DNA of 64,000 nucleotides from Mobula hypostoma (Eukaryota), in assembly GCF_963921235.1 (NCBI RefSeq), contig NC_086109.1, positions 11,532,001 to 11,596,000 of the forward strand, written 5' to 3'. This document shows, piece after piece, positions 50,791 to 63,830 of the stretch. How positions within the stretch are numbered: position 1 is the stretch's first letter; the number at the start of each line of letters is the position of its first letter. Position numbers and translations under genes: made by a program. Below the pieces are notes generated by a model. That model was given only the letters and a program-made list of their open reading frames with translations, made no database searches and was not told the DNA's origin.

Positions 50791-53165
50791 TTATTATTGC
50801 CATGTATGTGGACACATACAGGGAACTTGATGCTGGTTTCCCTGAGCTCTTGCAGTACAGAATCAAAAAGCAAACAAAACAATAGTGCAAGTGATCGTGA
50901 ACTATATACAAATGAGGTATACCTGTGTATGTACAGGTGGACTAAAATTCAAGCGTTCATAAGACAGATGGCATACGGAAAGAAACTGTTCTTGTACCTA
51001 TTAGTCCTGGCATACAGTGGTCTAAAGCGCCTACCAGAAGGAAGGAGTTGGAACAGGTGATGTCCAGGGTGTGATGGGTCTACAATGATGCTGCTTGCTC
51101 ACTTCCTGACTCCAGATGCATATAAGTCCTGGATCGAGGGCAGCTTTACACCAATAATCCTTTCCGCAGCCCTGACGGTTCTTTGGAGTCTATTCTTGTC
51201 TTGTTTGGTAGCTGATCTGAACCAGACAGTGATGGACGAACAGAGAACAGATTGGATTGTTGCTGAATAGAATTGAATCAGCAGCTCCTGAGGCAGATTG
51301 TACTTCCTGAGTTGACGTAGGAAATCAATTGTTTGGTGACAATAAAATATAAAGCCGGCGGGAGGAGAAGATGGCAGCGCGCTGTGCGTGCGCAGCTCTC
51401 CGGTGAAAATGATGTCGTATCTGTTAAATAGGGGCCGTGGACAATTCTGATATGATGGAGAATGGACATGAAAGCACAGAGGAACACCTGGAGAAATTTC
51501 TGAAACGCCCGTTCGCTGCTGTCGTTACTGTGTGGTCGTGAAATTTTCAGAGGGTTGGCCTCAAAATCCCTGGCCTTGCTTGCTTTTGGCGACCGAGAAG
51601 GAGGTCGAATCGTTCGGACAGAGATGGCGCTCAGTACTCAGTGTCACAGAGCTGATCAGAGCTCAAAGCTTTCAGCCGACTCAGAGTTGGCTTTGGGTCG
51701 GCATGGCAGGGAGAGTTTTTCTTCCTTCTACCGTCTGCGTGAGATATGGGACTTTCGAGAAACTTTGAACTTTTTTACTGTGCGCACGGACTTCTTCATC
51801 AAGTTATGGTATTGTTTCACTGTTTGTAACTATATGTTATAATTATGTGATTTTGTCAGTTTTTTTCAGTCTTGGTTTGTCCTGTGTTTTGTGACATCAC
51901 ACCGGAGGAAATAATGTATCATCTCTTAATGCATGCATTACTAAATGGCAATAAAAGAGGACTACGTATCTTCATAATCATAAAGTATAAAGTATAAAGT
52001 ACTCCCGAGACAACCATGATTAGGCACAGCTCGTCAAGTCAAGTCAAGTCACTTTTTATTGTCATTTCAACCATAACTGCTGGTACAGAACATAGTAAAA
52101 ATGAGACAACGTTTTCCAGGACCATGGTGCTACATGAAACAACACAAAAACTACACTGAACTACGTAAGAAAAAAAACACAAAAACTACACTAGACTACA
52201 GACCTATCCAGGACTGCATGAAGTGCACAAAACAGAGCAGACATTACAATAAATAATAAAGAAGACAGTAGGCACAGTAGAGAGTATAGTAGGTTGGTGT
52301 CAAGCCAGGCTCTGGGTGTTGATGGCTTCGGGGAAGAAACTGTTAGGTAGTCTGGTCATGAGAGCCTGAATGCTTCAGTGCCTTTTGCCAGATGGCAGGA
52401 GGGAGAAGAGTTTATATGAGGGGTGTGTGGGGTCCTTCATAATGCTGTTTGCTTTGCAGATGCAGCGTGTGTTGTAAATGTCTGTAATATCTCAAATGTC
52501 ATCCAGAAATTTGCTGATGGCACAGCCATTGTTGGCAGAATGTCAGATGAGTGGTGTCACAGGAACAACCTTGCCCTCAGTGCATGCAAGACCAAAGAGC
52601 TTATTATTTAAATTCAAAAAGGTAAGATGAGGGAACACATGTTAATCCTCAGGGAAGGATCAGAAGCAGAGAGAGTGAGCAACTTCAAATTCCTGGGTGT
52701 TCATATGTATGAGCACCTAACCTGGTTCCGTTATATTGACGCAGCTATGAAAAAGGCTATATTTCATTCGCAGTTTGAGGAGATTTGGTATGTTACCTAC
52801 AGTCCTCAGACATTTCTATAGATGTACCATGAAAAGCAATCTGACTGGCTGCATCATCATCTAGTATCAGAAACAACTTCTGCCCATCTGCTCTCCAATT
52901 TCTGAATGGACATTGAGCTCATGAACACTACATCACGTCTTCTTTTTCTATTTTTGCAGTATTTATGCAATAAAACAATTTTTATCTATTATACAGTTTT
53001 CAGCTCTCTGCAGTTCACTTCGATCCTGTGCAGTCCCATACCAGATGGTGATACAAACAACTGTAATTCAGTTTTTTCCTATATTATTTGTTCTGCAGCT
53101 GGTGCAAAGTTATCAAATTTCACAAAATATGTTGGTGATATTAAACCTGATTCTGATTCTGATCC
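50790..53165. mobile_element. Cluster of Rex1/Babar fragments in both orientations
   Basis: Antisense tails at 50790 and 52030 ((aagtc)n); KFADGTAIVG and CKTKELII at 52500-52620; (tctgat)n tail near 53150. Confidence 0.65.
51355..51980 (+). mobile_element. CpG-rich non-coding retroposon (non-autonomous, no tRNA head)
   Basis: Starts gggaggagaagatggcagcg; ends AATAAA...cataatcataaagtataaag; short ataaag duplication at the flanks. Confidence 0.55.
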
Positions 53166-54094
53166 TTGTTGAGGGCAGGTTGTGATTTCTGGGAAAATGA
53201 TCCCTGCTGTGGTTCAGTGAAAGAGTCATCACATTCTTAGGGGCAACCAGAGGTAGAGAATAAATTCTGGCCTTGTCAATGATGCCCAGATCTCAATGAA
53301 GTTATTGGGGGATCATCCAGTGTGGCTTTTTGGGTGAAACTCAGAGGAAGAACTGGGTGAATACTCTATTTCGATTACACTAGAGGCCATTTAATAATAA
53401 ACCTAAATTAGAGGAACAAATTCTTCAAGGTGGTTGCAGAAAGTTGCATGAATATTAGGTTTGTCATAGTAAATGATTTAACTTTCTAAATAAAGAGTGA
53501 ATCTGCTTCAGTGCTAAAGAAATTGATGGGATTGTATTTATTAATTGTTTTCAGAAATGTTCCCTTAAGCAATATGTAGAAGGTTCTGCTACAGAGAGGG
53601 AAAAGCCCAGTCTATTCTTGGGAAATGGGCTGGACAAATTGGAGCATTGCAAATTTTGATGATATTAGATAGAAACTTGCTGAAGTTGATTGGAGTAGTT
53701 TGTTTGCAGGCAATGGGGGCGACAGACAAGTGGGAATTTTGTAAAAGTGAGATAATCCATATTCCCTTTGGAGTATTGTCATGGCTGGCAGGAATAAAGA
53801 ATTCTTAACCATGAGAGCCCTGGTCAGGAGGAAAGAAGGATACATGGAACAACTGGGATCTGGCAGTAAAGGAGATGCAGGTGTATGCTTAGGAAGGAAA
53901 TCAAGAGCGCAAGGAGGTGGCATTAGATAGCTTTGGCTCAGACACACTTACTCACACAGCCAGCTGATCTCCATCGGGAGAACTTCTGAATATACAGAAT
54001 GGGGGGCTGGTGGACCCTGGTGATTACTGTACATGCACTGAAACTCCTGCCCATATGGCTAATAGCCTAGGGTGCAAGGAGAGAGCAAAAAAAG

Positions 54095-56560
54095 TTCAAA
54101 TGCAAAGTAAATTTGTTATCAACGTCCATTCAGTGAGTTTATTCAGTAAATCTATAATAGAATAATAACCATAACAGAATCAATGAGAGACCTCTTGGGT
54201 GTTCAACCTGTGTGCAAAAGTTAACAAAATGTGCAAATGCAAAAAGAAGGAATAGTAAGCTATAATTATCGAAAAGATGCGATGAAGTGTCCTTGGAAGT
54301 GAGTCGATAGGTTGTGGGAGCGTTTCAATGATGGGGAAAGTGAAGTTAATCCCCTGGTTCAGGAGCCCGATGGTTGAGGGGTAATAAAAGTCCCTGAACC
54401 TGGTGGTGGTATTGGATCCTGTTGCTCCTGTACCTTCTTCCTGATAACGACAGTGAGAAGAGAGCATGTCCTGGATGGTAAAGATCCCTGATAACGGATG
54501 CTACGTTCCTGTGACAACGTTTCATGTAGATGTGCCCAGTCGATCATGGGTAAAGCCCTCACCACCACTGTTCACAATTTGCAATGGTGGGGACTGGCCC
54601 ATGGACCTCTGGTTTCCTCCTCCTGAAGTCAATAATCAGCTCTTTGAACTTGCGGACATGCTACAAGGTTGTTGTTATGCCACCACTCAGCCAGATATTC
54701 AATCTCCCTCTATATGCTGATTCATCACCACCTTTGATTCAGCCAACGACAGGAGTGTCATCAGCAAACTTGAATATGGCATTGGAGCCATGCTTAGGCA
54801 CACAGGCATAAGTGTAAAGCGAATCGAGCCGTGGACAAAGACCACACCAAACTGGGTGTTTAACCAGTGTGCAGAAGGACAACAAACTGTGTAAATAGAA
54901 AGAGAAAGAAATAACAATAATAAATTTAAGTCTCTTTTAAGAGTCTCCTGGATAGGTACATGGAGCTTAGAAAAATAGAGGGCTATGGGTAACCCTAAGT
55001 AATTTGTAAGGTAAGGACATGTTTGGCACAGCTTTGTGGGCCGAAGGGCCTGTATTGTGCTGAGGGTTTTCTACGTTTCTATGTCTATAAATAAATAAAC
55101 AATAACTGTCAAGAACGTGAGAGGAAGAGTCCTTGACAGTGAGGCCAATGGTTATGGGAACTCGCCATGACAACATTCGGTCATGCCCTCTTTTCACTGC
55201 TACTATGAAGAATGATTTTGAAACCTGATATCTCACCTCATCAAGTTCCAGAGCAGCAGCTTTCCTGTGACTACCAGGGTCTTGAACCATCTTGCATGGG
55301 CTTATCTCTACCTCAGCAGCAGAACACAGTGGACCATCCATTGCACTACCATGGACTGGACTCTAATTGTGCTTATCTTTGCTCTAATGTCTTGTTTTAC
55401 ACAGTTTCTTTGTTTTGTGTTTGTCTAAATCTATATGGCCGTGTTGCTGTTGCAAACAGATTTTACCCTGTGACTGTACATCACAGTGCTTGTGTATGTG
55501 ACCATAAATTTGACTTATCACCAAGAGCTAGGTAATCTTCCTCATGGCACCAAATCAAAATCTTCCATGCAATTGCACCACCCACTCAAAGACCTTCCAC
55601 CTTCCAACCAGTGCTATCAGAACCTCTGTCGATTGAGGATTATCTCAGATCATCCGCACCCTAACTCTTCTCCACTGGGGTGAACATCGTAACCTCCCCC
55701 TCCTTTGTCGTACTAAAGCCCACGCCTGTTTCCCTGGATGCCAGCTTGTCATTCAGTCTGATTCTGTGCGTTAATCAAAGATCAGCTTTATTCTCCATAT
55801 CGATTTATATGTATTGGGAATTTGCAGTGGTGTGTTGGTGAGATAGAAAAGAAAACATCGCCATTCAAAATTGTAATAATAATACATTATATAAAAATAA
55901 ATTAAAATACAGATACGGAATAAAACATGCATAAATATCAGCATATACTTGCAATGTAAACAACATTAAAAAATGTTTTAAAGTGCTTACAGTTATTACA
56001 GAGACAGGGATGAGTGGGGGTGCAATCCAGAATAGTTACCTGGGGGAAGAAACTTTTAAAATGGTGTAAAGTGTTTGTTTTAATAGGCTTATCGCGCTTC
56101 TCAGAAGGGAGCTTTAGGAAAAAGTAGTTTGCCAGGTGGGTAGAGACTGCAATTAATTTTCCTGCCCATTTCTTTGTCCGAGACACGTACAAGTCCTGCA
56201 GTAATGGTGGGCTGCAGCCAAGGATATTTTCATCTTAAGTGAAATACTGATGAGCAGGTACTTGAATGATGAAGCAGTGCCCACTGTAGAGTTGTTGATG
56301 ATAAGAGTGTGGAGAGGAGACCCATTACTCCTGAAGTCGATATACAGCTCCCTGGTTTTGAGGGCACTCAGCTCCAAGTTGTTGCGATTGTATCGACTCT
56401 GGTGATTAGTCAGTGATTGAGCAAGCTTTATCAGTGTAATTGATGGATCACGGAAGACGCAGCCATTGGTGCATGGAGAAAGTAGCAGAGGGGATGGAAC
56501 ACACCCCTGTGGTGCAGCAGTGTGGAGTGAGCATGATGTGGAGATGTGCCTGCCTCGTCT
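54095..56560. mobile_element. Rex1/Babar fragments (mostly antisense) and a CR1 tail (54935-55085, plus)
   Basis: APQGCVPSPLLLS (ORF 56153-56563 minus) and SSLLMTLLSLAESKV-type RT remnants. Confidence 0.6.
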
Positions 56561-57978
56561 CATAAACTGCCTTCTGTCAGTATGTCACACGTCCCCATTG
56601 AATTAAACTGTATGGCTGCTCATGAAAGCTGCTGTTTCAACCCCGAGCCCCAGTGGAAAATCCACGCCTTCATATGACAGGACTGTTACTCCCTCTGGTT
56701 AGAAGTAGGAAACAAAAGGATTCAGTCCGATACTGAGACCTAGGCTGTGTGGGAGGAAAACCAGGAAACAGTGTCCCAGAAGCTTGGAGCAGATTCCAAA
56801 CCTCAAGCTCAGTCTATTACAGTAAAAGTAGCCACTCACATGAAATAAACTGTCTGCCTTGATACTGGCAGCTCGGGAACATCTTCACACTGCACTTCAT
56901 CCAGTCTCTGAAACATAACATCATTCAATTCTCTTTCCAGTCACTGGTAACGTGGGCAGTGGACAGCACACTCCCCATTGTGTAGTGTAAGGAGCCAGTG
57001 TGGAGATGTGTGATCAGATCAATCACCAGTTACCATCGAGGAATTCAGTGACCTGATCTTCAGAGACTGGGTAAAGCCCACTGTGCAGACGTGCTCAAGC
57101 TACCAGGGCCTGCTGTGTTGCAATTTATTGTAAGTGAGCAGATGATTTTTAACAGAAGGGAGACATTGGCACAAATTCTGCAAATGTGAAACTAAGAAGA
57201 GCTTGTAGTGCTTCCTGATTTCAGAAGAACATCTGTTTCCAAAGGTTGGGTTGCACACATTTTTATTAGAGTGTCCTATAATTTAACGTTTTCCCATGCA
57301 GTGTGTAGAGAGTGTCATAGAGACATAGAGTCATTGAACACTACAGTATGGAAACAAGCCCTTCAGCCCATCTAGTTTATGCTGAACTATTAATCTGCCT
57401 AGACCCATCAACATTCACCCACACTGTAGTCCTCAATGCTCGTCCCATCTATGTACTTATCCAAATTTCTCTTGAATATTGAAATGGAACCTGCATCCAC
57501 CACTTACGCTAGCGGTCCGCTGTGGCTTTCGCAGGCTGACTGTACCCCACCCAGTGCCAGTGGTGTGTTCCGGGTAAAGCTCAATGGGTGATGTTCTGGC
57601 CGTTTCCTCTCGCACTCCAGGAGCCTGAGCACTGACGGAGTGTACATCTGAGGGAGCTTGGCACTGTTAGAGGACCCTCCTTGTTCAGGATGAGAATTAT
57701 CCCCACCACCAAGGGCAAAAAGCAGGGCAGAGGGCAGTTATCTCTTTGCTATTCAGGAGAACTTGCTGTGTACACATTGGCTACACACAACACCACACAG
57801 ACACTGATGGAGGTTACTGCAGGATCCTGCAGATTGAGTGATTTACCATTAGCTGAACCACCGAGCGAGGGAACAACATCAGAATTTCCTGTTATTCATC
57901 AGTTGGTTTGACAAAAACACTTTAGGCCACTTGTTAATAGTTCAACTGATGAGATTATTTTATAAAATAATGATTTAC

Positions 57979-58075
57979 CTGATATGAAACCAACAGAGAT
58001 GAGAAACAAGAAAGCGATAGATTCCACAATCCTGGGCCATTTCTGGTGAGTGACTTCACCCTGCAGCAACTCCAT
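57979..58075 (-). CDS. CD300/pIgR-like receptor, exon 1 (leader): MELLQGEVTHQKWPRIVESIAFLFLISVGFIS-G
   Basis: ATG in good Kozak context (aaatATGg). Hydrophobic core IAFLFLISVGFIS. Donor CAG|gtaaat in phase 1, matching the phase-1 IgV exon. 97 nt. Confidence 0.65.
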
Positions 58076-58208
58076 ATTTCAGCAGTGTCAATCTGATCAG
58101 CTCCCTGTACTGTGTCTTGACTTGGTCTCTTCCTTATTCCGATATCTCAAAGAAACTAGTTCCTGTTTTGAAATAAAACAAATCAGCTGTAGTGTACGAA
58201 CTGCTTGG

Positions 58209-58221
58209 TGACTCACTTCCT
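58209..58221 (-). promoter_or_regulatory. Overlapping Ets (AGGAAGTG) and AP-1 (TGAGTCA) sites upstream of the CD300-like exon 1
   Basis: Plus strand tgactcacttcct, about 140 bp 5' of the ATG. A second GGAA site (aaacaggaact) lies near 58160. Confidence 0.45.
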
Positions 58222-58408
58222 GACTCGCCCAAAGTCAATGCCAATTACATCTCTGCTCTTTCATCCTCTAGTTCTTCAATCCCAACTGCATTCATCCTAC
58301 CTACAAATCTCGGTTGTATATACCTCTGTAAAATCTTCCTTATTCAACTACCATCCAGTAAGAGAAGCCCCAGTCAGCTCAACCTCTCTCTGTAAATCGA
58401 TAATCGAA

Positions 58409-58625
58409 TTCCATGGCCAAGTGGTTAAGGCGTTTGTTTCAAGGTTGCTGGTTCGAGCCTCAGCTATGGCAATGTGTTTGTGTCCTTGAGCAAGGCACTT
58501 AATCACACATTGCTCAAATGTCTGTGCGAGGAGAGGCGCCCCACACAGACTTCCAATCTGTGCCTTGTAAGGCATGAAAATGCCCGACACAGGCCTCTCA
58601 TGGTCTGAGTTGACGTTCCCCCTCC
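58409..58625 (+). mobile_element. tRNA-derived SINE nested in an antisense CR1 fragment
   Basis: Box A tggccaagtgg, box B ggttcgagcc, gtgtccttgagcaaggcactta core. Confidence 0.7.
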
Positions 58626-59513
58626 CTCCTCCCTGACTGGGGTGAGGAAGGGCAGTGTACCAAGAGCCTTTTTCACCACACAGTCTATTTGTGATGTTAC
58701 TCTCAAGAAACCAAGCTCTTGTACTCCTCAGTCCCTGAGTTCTATAACCCTACCCAGGGCCTTACTTTTCACTGTAATATCCGACTCTTATTTCCATTCC
58801 AGATTAAAGTCTGCCGCATCATTGAGACTTTCAGCCTGACCACTGCATGATTTGTCAAGTCCATGAGGAGATCCATCCAACAATACTTCTTGCAGAAAAG
58901 AGAAGAAATTCCATGTTCTTGGGCAAAAAAAAAATCCCTTTAAGCAATGGAAAGAAGGTAGGCTGTGTTGTCATCATCTCATTGCTGTTCATGGGAGTTT
59001 GCTGTTTCATAAACTTGCTTTGCTGCTAATGTTCTGTTCCTACATCAGTGATGGAAGGAAGTTACTGCAGTATCAGGAATTTGCAAAGCTGTGAACGGCT
59101 TTTCTTTCCTTTAACACCCAGTGAAGGGAGCAACATTGAGGTTTAGACTTGAATCCACTAAGCTGATAAAGAACTCTTGAAGTTACATGTTATTAATCGC
59201 AAAGGACATTAAAAAAAAACTACTTATCTGATGAAATGTCAACAGAGGTAAGAACCTACACAGGAATTGTTCCTGTAGTTCTCTGCCTTTACCGGTGGGT
59301 ATATTCACCCTGCGCAACCCCCTATTCCAGCTGTGTCGAATGGGTTGGGTGTCTGAGTTCTGTTTGAGTTAGTCACTTCCTTTTTCAGGCAGTAGTCAAA
59401 GAAACCAGTTCCTCTCTCAGTTGTAACCCAAATGTGCTGAGTGAAAATGATTCCCTGTCACTGTCAACTGATCCAGCATGAACAACGCACCAATCAGGAG
59501 AGTATTATAACAA

Positions 59514-59785
59514 ATGCCGGCTGGTCGTAGTGGCATCAACGCTGGACTTCAGGGTGAGAGGTCCCGAGTTCAAATCTGGCCAGCCACCTTGCATGCTCTC
59601 CATCTGTGCCTGGGTTGAGTGTCGAGCTAGCAACACGACCTCGTTAAAATAAAACTTGGAGAGGGGTTGTCTCCGCCAGGTTTCATATGCTGAAGACACG
59701 CCGTACAATGAGCGATCACCAAAATAATCGGTGCGAAAGCTTGTCATGACGGTGACCCGACGACCACCAGGAGTTAAGGGCACGT

Positions 59786-59846
<61 letters not shown>
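59514..59846 (+). mobile_element. tRNA-derived SINE with (CA)n tail (59786-59846)
   Basis: Box A ggtcgtagtgg, box B gagttcaaatc, terminal CA microsatellite. Confidence 0.7.
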
Positions 59847-59847
<1 letters not shown>

Positions 59848-60204
59848 CAAGCTCCTCTTACCAAGACCCACACACTTCCAAGACTGGTTCAGATGCTTAA
59901 TTTTGCGACTTACTACTCAGTTTAATGCAGTCGTGTATGGCGGGTGCCGGGGGGTGGGGAGTGTGGGTGGGATAGTGATGTGGGAGCAGTAGTGTGGCAG
60001 ATAAGAAACTGGAAGAAAAAAATAGGCAGATTCTGCATGATTTCCTTAAGGGAAAATCTTGCCAGATAAGTCTGTCTGAATTATTTGAGGAAGTAACAGG
60101 CAGGGTAGATAAAGGAGAATCAGTGGATGCTGTTATTTCAGAAGGCTACTCATAAGGCTGCTAAATAAGATATGAGTCCATGGATATTACAGGAAAGAAT
60201 CATT

Positions 60205-61720
60205 TTACATCTGAAACCACGCTCAAGATCTCTCTGTCTATCTGTGCGCGGTTTTTTCTGCATCAGTTAGGAAATGTGATGCAAGGGCTATGGGGCGTTT
60301 ACTTAATGTGACAAGACTACACCTCCACCATAAGGCCAGGCATTTCAAGCAAGTTTCACTGGATAATGTGGATTGTAATGTGTGAGCAGTGTCTAACTTC
60401 ACCATTTCCTTTGCCTTTTGGAAAGCTACCTCACACTGCTTTGGCCATTGCCATTTCTTCCCAATCTGTAGTAATGAGTTCAAACCATCAGGGCAGCCAG
60501 GTTTGACAGGAACATGTCATAGTAACTGAAAAATCCTGAAAAGGACCACAGCTCTGACAGGTCCTTTGGCCTGGGGTATCCACCACTGTTTGACTTTTCT
60601 TGGTACACTTGTGTAATCTTTGTGCATCAATACTGTGACCACAGTAAGTAATGTTTGATTTAAAGAAATCACACTTGCCATATAGTGCTGTAAGCCCGTA
60701 GCTATTTTAACATTTGTTTTGTAATTTTAAAGATGTTCTGTGTTATCCTTGGTAACAATAATGTCACCCAGGTAACACTGCATGTGGAGATGCTACTTTA
60801 AAAACAAGTCCGTGATTGCAATAAAGACCTTTGTGAGTGCTATGGTGAGGAACACTTTGGACTCCTCTTCATCTCCTTCTGTAGGGAACCACAGCTGAGT
60901 CCACAATGCCAAACTGTTTCCTCCGGAAAGGTTTGCAAAGATATCCTCTATCCTGGGCAAAAGGTATTGGTCTACTTCAGTACTGGGTTGATGGGACCTG
61001 AAAATCACCACAGATCCTGACAGACTCATCCTTCTTGGCTACTTGGACCACTGATAATGTCCGTGTGCTCCACTCAACCTTGTGAAAATTCCCTCAGCCT
61101 CCATGCAATCTAGCTCACCGACATCTTTATCATAGAATATAATGAACTAAATGGACTTTGTAAAATTGGGGTGTGGCATTTTCATTTCACAATATTGTAC
61201 CCTTGATATGTTTGATTTTTCCAATGCCATCCTTGACCACTGCTATGGCATCATTTGGTATCTTTCTTAATATGTTTTCAGTTGACTATATTGCAGGGAT
61301 GTGGCATGCAAATGGTTGATGGATCTCCAATCAAATTCTATATGTCTCAGCCAATCAGGTCCCGCAATACTGGCCTTCCCGTTCTTAACCAAATACAAGC
61401 CCAATGTGGCTTGCTGGTTGTTGTACTGACACATGGGGCCTCCACAAGGGTCTTCCATTTCTGTTGTATTTCACTGTTATGAATATCACTCCCACAGGAG
61501 TTATCTTTTCTCCAGCACAAGTTCTTTGTTGGATATCTGCAGGCATCATTTCAGTATCTTTGAAATGCTGTTCAAACACATTTTGTGGAGTGATTGAAAC
61601 AGGCAAGCCAGTGCCAAATCCATTTTATTTAATTTTCCATTTTCAATTTTCTAGTGTAAGCCGTATTTGCTGGTGTCTTGTTAGTGTTCATATTGTAAAT
61701 CCCAAGGCTACCCAGCAACG
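60205..61720 (-). mobile_element. Gypsy gag-pol fragment (protease, RT, RNase H remnants)
   Basis: KYNNQQATLGLYLVKNG...PDWLRHIEFDW; DQYLLPRIEDIFANLSGG; CEVAFQKAKE; RPIALAS. Confidence 0.8.
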
Positions 61721-62049
61721 TTCCTGCAACGTTGAGTGAGTGTGTCTACAGGCTTCTGTATCTTCTCCTTGATGGTAGCAATGAAAAGAGTGCATGTCCT
61801 GGGTGATGGAGTCTTTATTGATAGATAAACAAAGAAACATAGAAATATAGAAAACCTACAGCACAATACAGGCCCTTCGGCCCACAAAGCTGTGCTGAAC
61901 AGGTTACCTGAGAAATTACCTAGGGTTACCCACAGCCCTCTATTTTTCTGAGCTCCATATATCTGTCCAGGAGTCTCTTAAAAGCCCCCATCATATCCCA
62001 CCTCCACCAGCGTCGCCGGCAGCCCCCATTCCATACACTTTTTAGACCA

Positions 62050-63830
62050 AAAGACCATAAGATATAGGAGCAGAAGTAGACCATTCGGCACATCGAGTCT
62101 GCTCCACCATTCAATCATGGGCTTATCCAGTTTTTACAGTCATCCCCAGTCCCCTGCTTTCAGCCCATACCAGTTGATGCCCTGGCTAATCAAGAACCTA
62201 TCTATCTCTGCCTTAAACATATCCAATGACTTGACCTCCACAGCCTCTCGTCGCAACACATTCCACAGATTTACCACCCTCTGACTCAAGTAATTTCTCT
62301 GCATATCTGTTCTAAATGGATGCCTTTCAATCCTGAAGTTGTGCCCTCTTGTCCTAGAATCCCCTACCGTGGGAAATAATTTTGCCTTATCTAATCTGTT
62401 CAAGCTTTTCAACAATCTGAATGTTTCTGAGAACCCCCCCCCCGACCCAATTCTCCTGAACTCCAGGGAATACAGCCCAAGAGCTGACAGACATTCGTCA
62501 TATGGTAACCCTTTCATTCCTGGAATCATTCTCGTGAATCTTCTCTGAACCCTCTCCAATGTCAGTATATCCTTTCTAAAATAAGGAGCCCAAAATTGCA
62601 CACAATACTGTAAGTGTGGTCTCACGAGTGCCTTATAGAGCCTCAACATCATATCCCTGCTCTTATATTCTATACTTCTGGAAATGAATGCCCACATTGC
62701 ATTTGCCTTCTTCACAACCAACTCAACCTGGAGGTTAACCTTTAGGGTATCTTGCATAAGGACTCCCAAGTCCATTTGCATCTCTGCATTTTGAATTTTC
62801 TCTTATCTAAATAATAGTCTGCCCATTTATTTCTTCCACCAAAGTGCATGACTATACACTTTCCAACATTGTATTTCATTTGCCACTTCTTTGCCCATTC
62901 CCTTAAACTATCTAAGTCTCTCTGCAGGATCTCTGTTTCCTCAACATTACCTGCTCCTCCTCCTGTCTTTGTATCATCGGCAAAGTTAGTCACCAATCCA
63001 TATACCGTAGTCCAAATCATTGACATACATTGTAAAAAGCAGCGGTCCTAACACCGACCCCTGTGGAACCGCAGGCAATCGGTAGCCAGCTAGAATAGGA
63101 TCCCTTTAATCCCACTCTCTGTTTTCTGCTGACCAGCCAATGCTCCACCCATGCTAGAAACTCCCTTGTAATTCCATGGGCTTTCATCTTGCTAAGCAGC
63201 CTCATGAGTGGCACCTTGTCAAAGGCCTTCTGAAAATCAAAGATTTTCCATGTCTACTGCATCTCCTTTGTCTAATCTGCTTGTAATTTCCTTAAAGAAT
63301 TGCAGTAGGCTTGTCAGGAAGGATTTTCCTTTCAGGAAGCCATGCTGGCTTTGGCCTATCTTGTCATGTGTCTCCAGGTACACCGTAATCTCATCCCTAA
63401 CAATTGATTCCAACAACTTTCTAACTACTGATGTCAGGCTAACAGCTCTATAGTTTCCTTTCTGCTGCCTCTCACCCTTCTTAAATAGTAGAGTAACATT
63501 TGCAATTTCCCAGTCATCCGGTACAATGCCAGAATCTATCGATTCTTGAAAGATCATTGTTAATGCCTCCCCAATCTCTCCAGCTACTTCCTTCAGAATC
63601 CGAGGGTGCATTCCATCAGGTTGAGGAGATTTATCCACTCTCAGACCATAAAGTTTCCTGAGCACCTTCTCAGTCGTAATTTTCACCGCACAAACTTCAC
63701 TTCCCTGACACTCACGAATGTCCAGTATACTGCAGATGTCTTCCACTGTGAAGACTGATGCAAAATACACATTCAATTCCTCTGCCATCTCTGCATCTCT
63801 CATTACAATATCTCCAGCGTCATTTTTGAG
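62050..63830 (-). mobile_element. 5'-truncated CR1 LINE (RT and 3' end), with a separate CR1 tail at about 61830-62035
   Basis: ORFs 63237-63803, 62742-63026 (NFADDTK) and 62140-62781 (LVRPHLQYC, ERVQRRFTR). Confidence 0.92.

Noticed and set aside
53952-56907. Two minus-strand exon-like segments in intron 1 (56840-56907 and 53952-53985) with good splice signals
   Set aside because: In the receptor's phase the first has an immediate stop and the second shifts frame. No recognisable domain; probably cryptic sites.
58847-59290. Hydrophobic ORF end (VGCVVIISLLFMGVCCFINLLCC) and a leader-like stretch near 59221-59280
   Set aside because: The first overlaps a repeat-like motif on the strand opposite the gene. 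The second has an in-frame stop and no GT donor.
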